In this document: one piece after another, positions 23,852 through 36,456 of the stretch
Numbering within the stretch: the stretch's first letter is position 1
How the letters are laid out: the number at the start of each line of letters is the position of its first letter
Source of the DNA: Octopus sinensis
Lineage: Eukaryota
Reading direction: 5' to 3'
Assembly (NCBI RefSeq): GCF_006345805.1
Contig: NC_043022.1
Coordinates: forward strand, 20,026,001-20,090,000
DNA: 64,000 nt
The notes under the pieces: generated by a model
What the model saw: the letters and a program-made list of their open reading frames with translations, nothing else
Databases searched by the model: none
Told to the model about the DNA's origin: nothing
Position numbers and translations under genes: made by a program

Positions 23852-25709
23852 TTAAAGACACTTAATGATGATCTATGGAAGATTTAACTGCTATTTCTAG
23901 GAATTCAGGTAACATAGAGCCATGGGCAAACTGTAGCTTTCAGGTCGTGAACGGCATGCCAATGAAAAATTAGCTTGAATTTTTTTGCTAGTGCAGCCAG
24001 CTAAATGATTAGCCATGTCTATTGTTACCCACTTCTCATAAAAAACTACCCATGCCTAGCATGGAGTTACCCAAGCTAGTTGGATGCATCCTATGTGAAG
24101 AGGTGAGTAATTTCTAACATTTTAGGTAAAAAGAGTTCTTCGAAGATGTTTCAAAGAAAGGCCTTCCTTACCTGAAATTATCAGACCTTGCCACTCTTAC
24201 ACACACACACACACACACAGAACTTATCTTATTTTACATACATCTAATTATATCTTTTGTAATAATAACAGCATAGTTCCGGATGATAGCAATTATATGT
24301 ATGTCTCTATGTCTGTCTGTCTGTCGGTTTAAAGTTTGAACTGGCTGATATCACCTTTTGCTTTTCTTTGTAGGTACTCATTAAAAATTAGCCCTGTACT
24401 TAAGAAAAAGGAGATGAGGGAGGGGTCTGTAATAACAATTCCAAGTCGACTAATATTCATCTCAATTACACAACTGTACAAGCTATACTTGTATTCCATG
24501 TTACCAACAGCTGAAGCACATACATACATACATATACACAAACATGCAGACATACACAAACAGTAGCTAATAAATAAATATTGTGATACTGGAATGGTAC
24601 TCCATACCAATAGAAATAAACTCATTACAGCTGCAAAAGTAAATAAGACAAGACAGTTTGCCAAGATAAGGTGTTTTTCAGCCCAGACACTCTTCCTGAA
24701 GAGAACATAGCATATTTTTCAATGTGATACCAAGCAAGACATACATCATCAAGATACCCAGGAAGGAATAATTTTATGACACTTAGCATGCGATATGATA
24801 CGCACAGAGAAGAGATTAGTTGAGATACGAGCTAACAAGGCAGCATATATGTGGCTGTGCAATATGCTAGAAATAAAAACCAAATCTCTCTTAAAAGAAC
24901 AGGGAGGATACAATGTCATTTGTGATTCTAAAGATATTTTTCCAGAAAAACGAAAAAGATAGGGTGCACACAGTTGGAGCATTTTTTTATCATAGATTAA
25001 TGGGTATAGACAAGGCAGAGTATTTAGGCAGTTCACTTTTCAACCATGTGGTTTCAGGTTCAATCCCACAGCATGGTACTTTGAGCAATTGTCTCCTGTT
25101 ATAGCTTCAGGTTGACTAATGACTTGCGATCAAAATGTTTTTCATAGACAGAAACTGTGGAGATACTTGTCGTGTGTGTGTGTGTGTGTGTTTAATATAT
25201 ATATTATACTCTTTTGCATTGGTGCAATTTACTCACACACATCTGGACAACAAATTTATATAAATACCAATAATAATTGTTGTACTTGGTTTTGTAAGTA
25301 AATGCCAAACTGTCAATCTGGATAAGCTTGGATTTTCAGGAAAAGAAATCAACCAACTGACTCATACATTACAATTACAATCTATAAGTAGAACAGTAAA
25401 ACTAAGCAAGACTTTTCTCAAGTTTAACATATGACATTGTTTACATTATTTACATTCCAAAGAGAGAGCTTTGTATCTTTGTTAGAAATCCACTCCTTCT
25501 TCAAAGGAAGAATTTAAATGATTAAAAACAGAAAAAAACATACACACACATATTTATCATGAACCTAAGATGCCTGGGTATCAGTCAGGCAACTTGAGTT
25601 CAATTCAAGAGATAAAAAGAACATTATTATGACGATGCTCCAGCATGACTAAAACCTGATAACTGAAGCCAGCAACCTCTGAGTCATATTGGGGTGTAAC
25701 ATACATACT

Positions 25710-26257
25710 GATACTCAATCGGTTATGATGACAAGTGCTCCAGTTCATCAATGGAACAACAAAACAGCCTGCTCATGAAATTAACGTACAGGTGGCTGAG
25801 CACTCTACGGACACACATACTCTTAATGTAGTTTTCAATGAGACAGAGGACATGACAAGGCTGGCCCTTTTCGATTACATGTATTACTCATTTGGTAGAA
25901 ACGTTGGCACATTGAGCGAAATGCTTAGCAGTATTTCATCTGCTGCTACGTTCTGAGTTCAAATTCCGCCGAGGTTGACTTTGCCTTTCATCCTCTCAGG
26001 GTCGATTAAATAAGTACCAGTTACACATTGGGGTCGATGTAATCGACTTAATCCGTTTGTCTGTCCTTGTTTGTCCCCTCTGTGTTTAGACCCTTGTGGG
26101 TAGTAAAGAAACAGGTATTACTTATTTTTGCTAGCTGAGTGGACTGGAGCAATGCAAAATAAAGCGTCTTGCTCAAGGACACAACACACTGCCTGGTATC
26201 AAACTTATGGTCTTACGATCATGAGCTGCATACCCCTAACCATTAAGCCACATGCCT
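25710..26257 (-). mobile_element. SINE-C with a SINE-B (+, 25893-26114) inserted
   Basis: Both halves match 42806-43120; TSD GTATTACT(C/T)ATT at 25881-25892 and 26115-26126. Confidence 0.88.
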
Positions 26258-26825
26258 TCACTGGGGTATAAAAGAGTAAAAGATTCAAATGAAAAATACA
26301 TTAGCCAAGATGATAATTTTGTAATCTATTATTTTTGTCAACAAGATGACAAGTTCAAGTTCAACTCTTGCTACCAGCATTAGATTTATTCCACACAATC
26401 CATGTGAAAATAAAATAAATAAATATATAAATGAATAAATAGAAATGTAAAATTAGCATATTGCCTTGAGTGACATTGTCAGTCTATTGATCTACCCGAA
26501 AATTTACATCTGGGTGGGCATTTTAGCTATGAGAAATATTTGCTAGTTCAATCTATATGCAAATAAGCAATTTTTAATCACACACAAAAAAAACTATCCT
26601 ATTCATCATGCCAGCATGGACAAAGAATATAGAAGAGAAAATAATGCTTAAAATAGCAAAAGAAAAATTAGAAAACAAAATAAATTCCATTTCTCATCCC
26701 ATTTCAAATATTTCCAGTTCACGAAAAGAGAGAAGAAAGAGCTTTTATTATTTTTAGCATTTTTGAGAATTTAAATTTTCATGAACAGCAGAAGAGACAG
26801 ACTGATGACAAATTCAATAAGTAGA

Positions 26826-27220
26826 GGTGCAGACATAGATGTGCTATTAAGAAGCTTGCTTTGTAACTGCATGGGTTGGGGTTTCAATCTCACTGTGTGG
26901 CACTGTGGACACGTGTCTTCTATTATAGCCCCAGGCTTTTAAGTGAATTTCATAAAAGGAAACTGTGTGGAAGCCCATTGTATATGCATATGTTGTATGT
27001 ATGTGTCTTTGTCTCTTCCCTTTCACAACCACTTGGCAATTGGTGTTGGTTTGTTTATGCCCCTGTAACAAAGCAGTTTGACAAAAGATGTAACAAATAT
27101 AATAAGAACCAGACTTTAAAAACAAGTACTGGGGAGAGGAGGGATATATTTGTTAGACTAAACCTTTCAAGGCAGTGCCCCAGCATGGCCACAGTCTAAT
27201 GACTGAAACAAGTGAAAGAA
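26826..27220 (+). mobile_element. SINE-A, older copy
   Basis: Diverged head, core and CCCCAGCATGGCCACAGTC tail. Confidence 0.8.
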
Positions 27221-27950
27221 CAGTATTTGTTAAAAGACAACAAGCATTCTTGGAGACATCTCATGAAAACATTATGGAAAAAGGATTTACAAACAAACAC
27301 ACACACATAATCATCATCCTACAAACAAATGATGACTAGATCCAAACATGAAAATGATACAAGCTGAAAAACGGAATGAAATCTTTCAGATGACACTATT
27401 TTATCATCATCAGGAAAATTCCCACCGGTTGATTGTCTTGGAGTTATCTCTCATGGCTTTAAATTTGTCGACATGTTGAGACACAGTTTCTTTTTAACAG
27501 GTCTTACTGTTTGGCTAACCTCAAAGGTGTTTCTTTTCCATTCTTTTTCCCCCTCGATTCACTATATCACATATGTGGTGTACTTTACTGGTATCTAGTA
27601 TGCAGAATGCTTCCCTGAGCTATTTTCCCCTCCAACCATATTTTCCATCTATCTTTCTAACTATCAGTTCTATTTTGAGCAGATTCAATGCAATGATTCC
27701 TTAACAAAACAAAGCACCTTACACATTTCAGAATCATTTTTGTTAACATTTGGCAATGCAATCAGTATCTGCAAGCACGACATGGAAATGGCTTCTTGTA
27801 CTATTCAAACACATCTCCCACCCTACCTTACATCATATTTACTCCTCCTCTTCCTCTACTCTTCAACTCATTTCATTGTAAACTAATCTCATCTGCAAAT
27901 TCTACATTGGATATAATTTTCTAAACAAAAAACAATTTATTATAATAATA

Positions 27951-28250
27951 ATCATCATCATCGTTTAACGTCCGTTCTCCATGCTAGCATGGGTTGGACG
28001 GTTTGACCAGGGATCTGGGAAGCCAGAAGGCTGCAGCAGGCTCCAGTCTTATCTGGCAGTGTTTCTACAGCTGGATGCCCTTCCTAACGCCAACCACTCC
28101 GTGAGTGTAGTGGGTGCTTTTTACGTGCCACCTGCACAGGTGTCAGGCGAGGCTGGCAAAAGCCACGGTTGGATTGGTGCATTTTACGTGCCACCGGCAC
28201 GGAAGCCAGTCGAGGCGGCGCTGGCATCGGCCACGATTCAGATAGTGCTT
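27951..28250 (-). mobile_element. RTE 3' terminal fragment, young
   Basis: Highly similar to 36457-36760; (ATC)n tail; sits in the (TAA)n tail of a tail-2 SINE-B at ~28250-28410. Confidence 0.9.
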
Positions 28251-30429
28251 AATAATAATAATAATCTCTTCTACTAAAGGAACAAAGCCTGGAATTTAGT
28301 GGGAGGAGACTAGTTGACTACATTGACCCCAGTGTATCACTGGTACTTAATTTATCAACCATGAAACGATGAAAGGCAAAGTCGGCCTCGGCAGAATTTG
28401 AACTCAGAACATAGTAACGGGCTCCCACCTGTAAGATCATGCACTGTTTATCTTGATAAGAAATCATCGTATTGCATGCACATGGTGGTGATGCGTGTGC
28501 CTGGTGCACCCCTTTTCAGACAGGTGGTCATGATGGGTATACTGGGCTTCATATATTTTACCCCAGTGTCACTTTGATGGCATGCACTCAATAATAATAA
28601 GAATAATAATGGTTTCAAATTCTGGCAGCAATTTTAGAGGAGGGGGACAAGTAGAGAACCCCCACCCCACCCCGTGCTCAACTGGTACTTATTTTATTAA
28701 CCTTCTAAGGATAATAGGCAGAGTTGACTCCAACAGAATTTGAACTCATAACATAATGAATGCACTGCTGCAAAGCATATTTCCAACACTCTTATGGTTC
28801 TGCCAGCTAAACACAGTAATAATAATAATAATAATAATAATATAATAATAATAATAATAACAATTACTGTTTCAAATTTTAGCACAAGGCAGGTACTTTT
28901 CATAGGAAAGGGTTATTGATATGACTGACACCCATATTTGACTGGTACTTCACTTTATCAAGCCCTAAAGGATAGCTAAATAATAATGGTTTTAGACCAG
29001 CAATTTTTAGGGACAACTAAGATTCTTTAATAGTACTTTATTTTACTGGCCTTGGTGGGATGGAGGGGTGAAGTTCACCAGTGGGCCATTGCGCCTCCAC
29101 TGATGATTCTGCTGCATGTGTGTTAGGTGGTTGTAGTGTGCATGTGTGTGTGTGTATGTGCAGTTAGAAGCAGTGTCAAAATATGCATGCATCAACTGAA
29201 ATAGCACGTTCTTGTCCCCACCCAGAACGAAGTACATAGTTAGGGAAGCTAAAACCAAAAAGGAACTTTTAAAAAGCAGAAAAATAGTTTTACAGAGTCA
29301 AACTGAACATGATATATTTTTTTACTATTAGCATTTTATTTTTTACTTTTGTATACAATGTCTACTTCCCTTCTTTGTTTATTGTATACCTTGTATACTT
29401 TCAATTTTTTTCTTTTTTTATTTCATTATAAGTAAAACCCCCTCACTTTATATCTGTCTTTGTACTGTCTCCCTCATCCTTTACCCTGGTGGCAAATAAA
29501 AGTAGTAGTAGTAGTAGTAGTATTGCTACTGGGAGAAGCAAGAAGGGGATGAGATGGGATAGGATGACGTTTTCCTCTTGCAAATGAAAACTCACATCTG
29601 GTTTCAATTCCTGGTCAGGCTGACTTCACTTATCACACTTAATACTCTCCCGAATGATAATACACATGTCAAAGCTCCTGCACCTCCTCTCCCCTCCCCT
29701 CTCGAGATTTCAACAAAAGATTATTATTACTATTAGGAAAGCGGAAATGGCTTCTGAGACAGCAGGGCACCAGACTAAATGTATTGCAATTGTTAGTTCC
29801 ATTAATCCCGGCTGTGAATTTATTCAAATCCAGCCAGGATTAACTTAGGCATCTTGTCTATTGCTTCCCCCATCCCGGTCCCTGCCTTCTTTGTTTCTGT
29901 TAGACAAAAATGCCAAACTTGGAAACTACTGCAAGCATAAAAATCTTGCTTTTATGATCCATTCCGAAAGCTGTATTTCACACCAGCAACCACTCTCTCC
30001 CTTCGATCCCCACCTCTCTCTGCACTCCTAAATATTTTTATGGTAAAAAAATTTGCATAATTTCTTCCATAAGTGCATAATTTATTCCATGCTCAAATAA
30101 CCCCTATCATCTTTGATGGGTTCTATGCTAATAAAATAAAACAAGTACCAGTTGTTGTTGTTGAAGTTTAGCCCATGGTCTTCCCAAATTGAGAACACCC
30201 ATGATCAAAGGAAATCCAACCATGACCAACTACTATTTAATTTTACTATTTTTATACATAAGGTATTTCAGTTACCATTATCCAATATATGCCATTTTAT
30301 ATGCTGCAAAACAGACCATGAAGCCTGGTGTGTCCCCTGGTTTTGCCAGTTCCCGTCAAGCCATCCAACCTATGCCAGCATGGAAAATGGACATTAAATG
30401 TTGATGATGATAGTGGATGGCTATTAAGT

Positions 30430-30780
30430 GATGATGGCACTAAATAGATAGATACAGATTTGGTGATACAAACAGGAAAACACAACTGAAAAAGTGAGTA
30501 GATCTGACAGAAACTGAAAGAAGGCCGTCATGTGTGTGTGTGTGTATGTGTTTGCGCATGTTTGTGTGTCTTTGTGTCTGTGTTTGTGCCCCACCCCTGC
30601 TGTTAGAGTGTTGTATGTCCCCATAACTTAGCAGTTCAGCAAGAGTCCAACAGAATAAGTACCATGCTCAAAAAAAAAAGAGAGGGGGTCAATTCATTTG
30701 ACTAAACTTCAAGGTACTGCCCCAGCATGGCTGCAGTCCAATGATCAAAACAGGTAAAATAAAAATAAATAAAATAATTA
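30430..30780 (+). mobile_element. SINE-A, older copy, 3' two-thirds
   Basis: GAAACTGAAAGAAGGCCGTC, GTTTGTGCCCC, AGAATAAGTAC, CCCCAGCATGG tail. Confidence 0.78.
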
Positions 30781-31935
30781 CTATTAGGGATCACATAAAA
30801 AACAGTTAAAATATCTTGTGTATTGTACAAGTATAACCAATTTTATTGCAGATAAGTTTTAACATCAAGATCTTATTTGGACACCCAGGGGCCATGTATA
30901 TGCATATATATGTATGTATATGGACCCTGGCTGAGAAAGAGGCTCCCTTGTTGGCTTGGGAAGGGACTTGTTACTCTGTTCTAAAAATGCAAATGGATAC
31001 GACCCCTACTTTTTGGTGCCCCAGCATTGCTAGTCAAATGACTGAAACAAGTAAAATTTTGAAAAATAAAATAAGGTGGTGCCCCAGCATGACCGCAGTC
31101 TCATGACCGAAACAGGTAAAAGATGAAAGATGTTTATTAGGGACTACATAAAAAAATTGTTAAAATATTTGGCATTTTGTATAAATACAACCAATTTTAT
31201 TGCACATAATTTATAAATTCTTAACAAAATCTTATATAGACCCCCAAGGGCCATAAGGACCCTGACTGAGAAACACTGATGTAGAGACCCTCTTGTTGAC
31301 TGAGAAAGGGACATGTTACTCTCTGTTCGGTCGGTTCAGTCTCCCTAAAAATGCAAATGGGTGCCACTCCCACTTTTATGGTTGAGTGGTGAGTAACAGC
31401 AAAGGCATCCATCCATCCAGCTGTAAAAACACTCAAAAATCAGATGCAAATATCTTTGCTCATCCCACCAATGCTAATATGGAAACATGGATGGTGAAAC
31501 AATTAAGAAGAAAAAAAATGGAAGGGAGGGAGGGGGTGGCGGGTGGCATGGAGCGGGGAAGGAGGGGGAAGCGACAGGCTGAGTGATACATTTTAATGAT
31601 TTGGCTTGCAATCATACAACTTTTAGTCTGGAATCATGCAGCAATAACTACAAGGAAAAGAGATTTTCTCAAAGTAATATTAACCCCTTGGAGAATAGTT
31701 TATGTTCTACACAGACGTAAAGGGTTGATTCTTGCAAGAATGTGTGTGTGTGTGTGTGTACACACAAACCCACACACACGTTGTGTATGTATATTCATGC
31801 AAGAATATACATACACAATTCATCTATATTCATATTTAGATATATACACGTGTGTATATTTATATTATTGTGCAGGCATATTCTTACAAGAATACATTTA
31901 TATATATATATAAACATACATGTGTATGTGGGTGA

Positions 31936-31982
<47 letters not shown>

Positions 31983-32062
31983 AACACACATGCATGTCTC
32001 TGTGTAAGTATGTAAGAAGATGTAGTTTGTGTCTATACCACAGTAATAAAATAGATCTATAC

Positions 32063-32286
32063 TAAGGCAGCAAGCTGGCAGAAACGTTGGCACATTGGGC
32101 AAAATGCTTAGCGGTATTTCATCTATCTTTACATTTTAAGTTCAAATTCCGCCAAGGTCAACTTTGCCTTTCATCCTTTCGGGATCAATAAATTAAGTAC
32201 CAGTTGTGCAATGGGGTTGATCTAATCGACTGCCACCTCTCACCCCAAAGAAATTTCAGGCCTTGTGCCTAGAGTAGAAAAGAATA
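32063..32286 (+). mobile_element. SINE-B with tail type 2
   Basis: SINE-B head and core, then AAATTTCAGGCCTTGTGCCTAGAGTAGAAA. Confidence 0.88.
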
Positions 32287-32785
32287 TGTACCTCCATAAA
32301 GGCAGCAAGCTAGCAGAAACTTGAGTATAAATTAAGTATCAGTTATGCACTGAGGTTAAGCATTGACCTCACAGGTGGCAGCAGATGAAGAAAGCACCCA
32401 ATACATTCTGTAAAGTGGTTGGCATTAGGAAGGGCATTCAGCCATTGAGGCCATACCAAAGATGACATTGCAGCTTGATGCAACCTTGTAGCTCAACCCA
32501 AAAAACTTGTATCACCAGTTGACACCATTAGGCTGTAACCAGTGTAATGGAATAGGAGTTTTTATATGCATATTCAAAACATTTCCCATAAATAAACTTA
32601 AAGGTTATGTAATTGTGTGTGTGTGTGTGTGTGCGTGTGTGTGTATGTATATATATCAGCCGAAATTGCGAAGATGATCCGGTTCTTAACTGATGACTGA
32701 GGGCTTTGAAAGTCCCGTCCGTGTTTTTTGTGTCTTCTTCTAAATGTTTCACGTTCTTGTCCCAGTTTGTATATTTTTTTACTTT

Positions 32786-32831
<46 letters not shown>

Positions 32832-33240
32832 AATATGCTAAGTAAATGTGCCCTATCCTTATGATATACCTTCTATATGCAAACTCCTTATCTCCATTCA
32901 AGTGCAGGGCAGAAGTCAGCAGTCTTTCTCCATTCGACATAATCCTGTACCAGATCAACCTGCCTCAGTTCTCTCACATGTTCTTCACTCACTATCAGCT
33001 TCTAAGTAACTTGTAGACAATCTGCAGTGAGTGACAATGCCAAAGTTCTAAAGACATCTGGATGTCATCTGTAATCCAAGCCTTCACTAGGCAAAATACT
33101 TAAAATTCATTGACCTTTAATATTTTGCCATAGACTTGTGGTGGAATATCAAGTTTACAATTGAATGAGATGTGCTTAGTTTGGACAGTGCTAATGACAA
33201 GGCCAAGGTCTTTGTGATACAGAAGCAGTTCCAGCTAATT

Positions 33241-33554
33241 CAGTGATTCCCAACCAGGGTTCGTGTGACTCTTGGGGGTCCATATAAGATTGGAGGTGGG
33301 GAACACACGCAGGCAAAATGGTAAATTGGGTCCACAGTAGTATTTTAAGGGTAATTGAAAAAAAAATTTTGCTTTAGATGTATTTATTGTTAGAAACAGC
33401 TAGATTTCTTTCCCAAATGTTATACATAACAAAATAGGAATTTTGAAAGAAGTATCTATAAAACTAGTTTCTAAACATTGAATAGCTATGGCAGTCCACC
33501 AGAATAAAATAGTAATGAAAAGGGTCCATAGATAAAAATAGTTGAAAACCACTG
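33241..33554 (+). mobile_element. hAT MITE family 2 (long variant), 314 bp
   Basis: TIRs CAGTGATTCCCAAC/GTTGAAAACCACTG; 8-bp TSD AGCTAATT/GGCTAATT (7/8). Confidence 0.85.
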
Positions 33555-34220
33555 GGCTAATTGTTCTTGGGTACATTTTCCACTTGATGTCACCAACAAA
33601 TTCAAGATTATTCAGGTGTATTTCTAGATGAAGCAGATTGGGATGGGTGATAATGCTAAGGCCTAAACCATCTAATACAGTAGTTCTCAACTCTGACATC
33701 ATCTGACAAATGCCAACCAAGATGGTGTGAATCAGCCAAGCTTTATCTGCTAGGAATAGCAACCCAAATGCTTTTAAATCAGATCCCAATGCTGGATGTT
33801 CAAGAACCAAATGAAGGGCAGATTTTTAATCCTGCAATCATCCCGATTCCAAAAAGGTATAATATGTCTATGAAGACTGAGGTAAAGGGGTCCCAGACAA
33901 ACAGAATTTCGCACCTATTAATATAGAAGTGGAGGAGTATGTGACACTGATGAGCAGATACAGCCACAAAATATTGGTATCTGTCGCTTTTGTTCTCTTC
34001 TAGTGCAATTTTGTTTCACTAGGTTTGAGGTATGCTGTGTTTCTTTATAACACAGTACATCTTTAGAAGGATCTCTGATAGACAAATTACTGTAGCTTTG
34101 TAGTGTTTAACAACATACATCATTAAGTATGAGATATTGATAACATCCTGATCATCATCATTTACATCATTGAGCTGCTTTTAATACAAAATTTGAATAT
34201 TCTTTGTATATTTTGGAATG

Positions 34221-34410
34221 AAAATCTTTAGCATTCAGATTACTGTCAAATATAATATTTATTCTCATTGTTCTGAATAGTTTATCTCACAGCTTCAAGA
34301 TTTCAACAATGTAATTGTTTATTTTTGCAATGGCATTGTAAGGTAGATTTGACCAGTTTGAACATATATCTAGTAGAATATTTAGGCTGCATATAGCCAG
34401 TTTAAGTGTA
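34221..34410 (+). mobile_element. piggyBac-like TTAA MITE family 2, diverged
   Basis: CTTTAGCATTCAGATTAC ... GGAGGTTAA. Confidence 0.65.
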
Positions 34411-35531
34411 AGGAGGTTAATTGCTTGGCAGGTTCTAAAGAATATAAGATTTGGGAGTGAAATCCTGATTTATTTTCTAGACCCCATCAAGTAATCCTGG
34501 AAGAAATTATCTTCTAGGTAAAGCTTTATGAAACACAACCATCCACAACAAACCAGCAATAACAACAACAGTAGTAGTAGTAGTCTTTACAATATAATGT
34601 CATAAGGGAACATTAAATGTGTTTATAGTAGATAAAATTCATGTGATATTTATGACCTAATCAATAGTCACGTGAAAACTAAAAACTCCTGAAATTACCC
34701 AAAATGCTTTCACCATAATGCTGTTTCACAACATTCTAATCACCATTAAAATCTCAATTGAGCAAAAAAAAAAACCATTAAAAAGCAAAGAGTAAAAAAA
34801 TAAATGAAGCATATGAAAAGAAAAGAATAAAAACATTAATAGTTTGCTGGGGTTTTTTTTTTTAGCTTAATTTCGTGTTTATATTTTCTCTCTTTATGTA
34901 ATTGCAGCATAAATAATTAATATACCCGATTAATTTACAAACATTTTTATTATTTATTATATTATGCAAAACAAGAAAAAATACAAAAACAGAATATTTT
35001 TTTTCTTTTTAATTGAATAAAAAAAAATTTAAATCATATATTTATATTTTTATAATTTTTTTATTTAGGCAAAATTTCTCACTACATTTCCTTATATTTT
35101 GGCAGAGGTTTTTTTTTTTTGTCATTTTTATTACTATAACCATTTGTTATATTTATTTCCTTCTCCTGTATAGCAATGTTGCACAGCAACAATACATGGT
35201 GAATAGAAGGATTATTATTGCTATTTGATTTTTCTGTGCTTTGTCCAACTAATCCTATTGGACACACGTGTGTGTGTGCTGCACATACACACAGACATAA
35301 ACAACTGGTATTTTGTTGGTGTGAGTGTGGAAGGTGTAGCGTCGGGGAAGTGAGGTTCATGCTAGACTGCTGGGGTTATTATTTGAGTATTTGTTGCATA
35401 AACTAACCATTGCAAAAGAATGCCTGCAGTGAATTCGAGCAAGTCAAATCACATGATCCAAATAACATTACATTAACTATGTATAAAATATATAAATAAT
35501 ATTATTATAATATATAAATAATATATTAATA

Positions 35532-35933
35532 GGCGCAGAAGTGGCTGTGTGGTAAGTAGCTTGCTAACCAACCACATGGTTCCGGGTTCAGTCCCACTGC
35601 GTGGCATCTTGGGCAAGTGTCTTCTGCTATAGCCCCGGGCCGACCAATGCTTTGTGAGTGGATTTGGTAGACGGAAACTGAAAGAAGCCTGTCGTATATA
35701 TGTATATATATATATATGTAAGTGTGTGTGTATATGTTTGTGTGTCTGTGTTTGTCCCCCTAGCATTGTTTACATCCCCGTCACTTAGCAGTTCGGCAAA
35801 AGAGACCGATAGAATAAGTACTGGGCTTACAAAGAATAAGTCCCGGGGTCGATTTGCTCGACTAAAGGCGGTGCTCCAGCATGGCCGCAGTCAAATGACT
35901 GAAACAAGTAAAAGAGTAAAAGAGAGTAAAAGA
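35532..35933 (+). mobile_element. SINE-A, young, directly followed by an old SINE-A head (35934-36090)
   Basis: Complete head to (AAAAGAGT)n tail. Confidence 0.93.
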
Positions 35934-36124
35934 GGTGTAGATATGGCTGTGTGGCAACAAAGCTTGTTTTGCAACCACGTGGCTTTAGGTTCAGTCCCAA
36001 TGCATGGAACCATGGGCAAGTGTTGTCTTCTATAGCTCCAAGCTGACGTCTTGTGAGTGAATTTGGCAGATGGAAACTGCACAGAAACCTGCCTTGCCTG
36101 TACACGTGTGTGCACTCACTTTGT

Positions 36125-36258
36125 ATTAATAATTGGCAGAAGTTAAAGAGTGACTCAGGGACTGAGAGGTCTGTGCACTGACACTGATCTATAAGTGATT
36201 AAACATGGAACTCTCTCAGCCATTGAGTCACTCTTTAACTTCTGCATATTATCAATAA
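36125..36258. mobile_element. Palindromic MITE with a 22-bp perfect inverted repeat
   Basis: GCAGAAGTTAAAGAGTGACTCA (36136-36157) is the exact reverse complement of 36224-36245. Confidence 0.8.
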
Positions 36259-36456
36259 AACACACACACACACACATATATATAAATACTCATGTTCTGA
36301 GTTGTATTTTACCTGTTTGCATCATCAAAACTAGAGAGAGAGAGAGAGAGAGAGCAAAGTGTACGTACGCCACTATATTTTATATATAAAAAACACACAA
36401 ACGGGAAAGTGAAACTCTGAGTAACAGCTTTTGTTATATTTCTCCTGCTTTTAAAT

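Noticed and set aside
27600-27910. Possible RT motifs on the - strand (FADE, AQGSIL)
   Set aside because: The motifs are in the wrong order for an RT and are separated by many stops.
32686-32725. CTGATGA...GAAA hammerhead-like words
   Set aside because: Stem II is poor, no stem III/NUH or stem I closure can be drawn, and GAAA is sequestered in an alternative GGGCTTT/AAAGTCC hairpin.
32890-33080. Possible very old RTE C-terminus on the - strand (WITDDI..., LVQDYVEWRK)
   Set aside because: Only two short motifs in different frames; too weak to call without an alignment.
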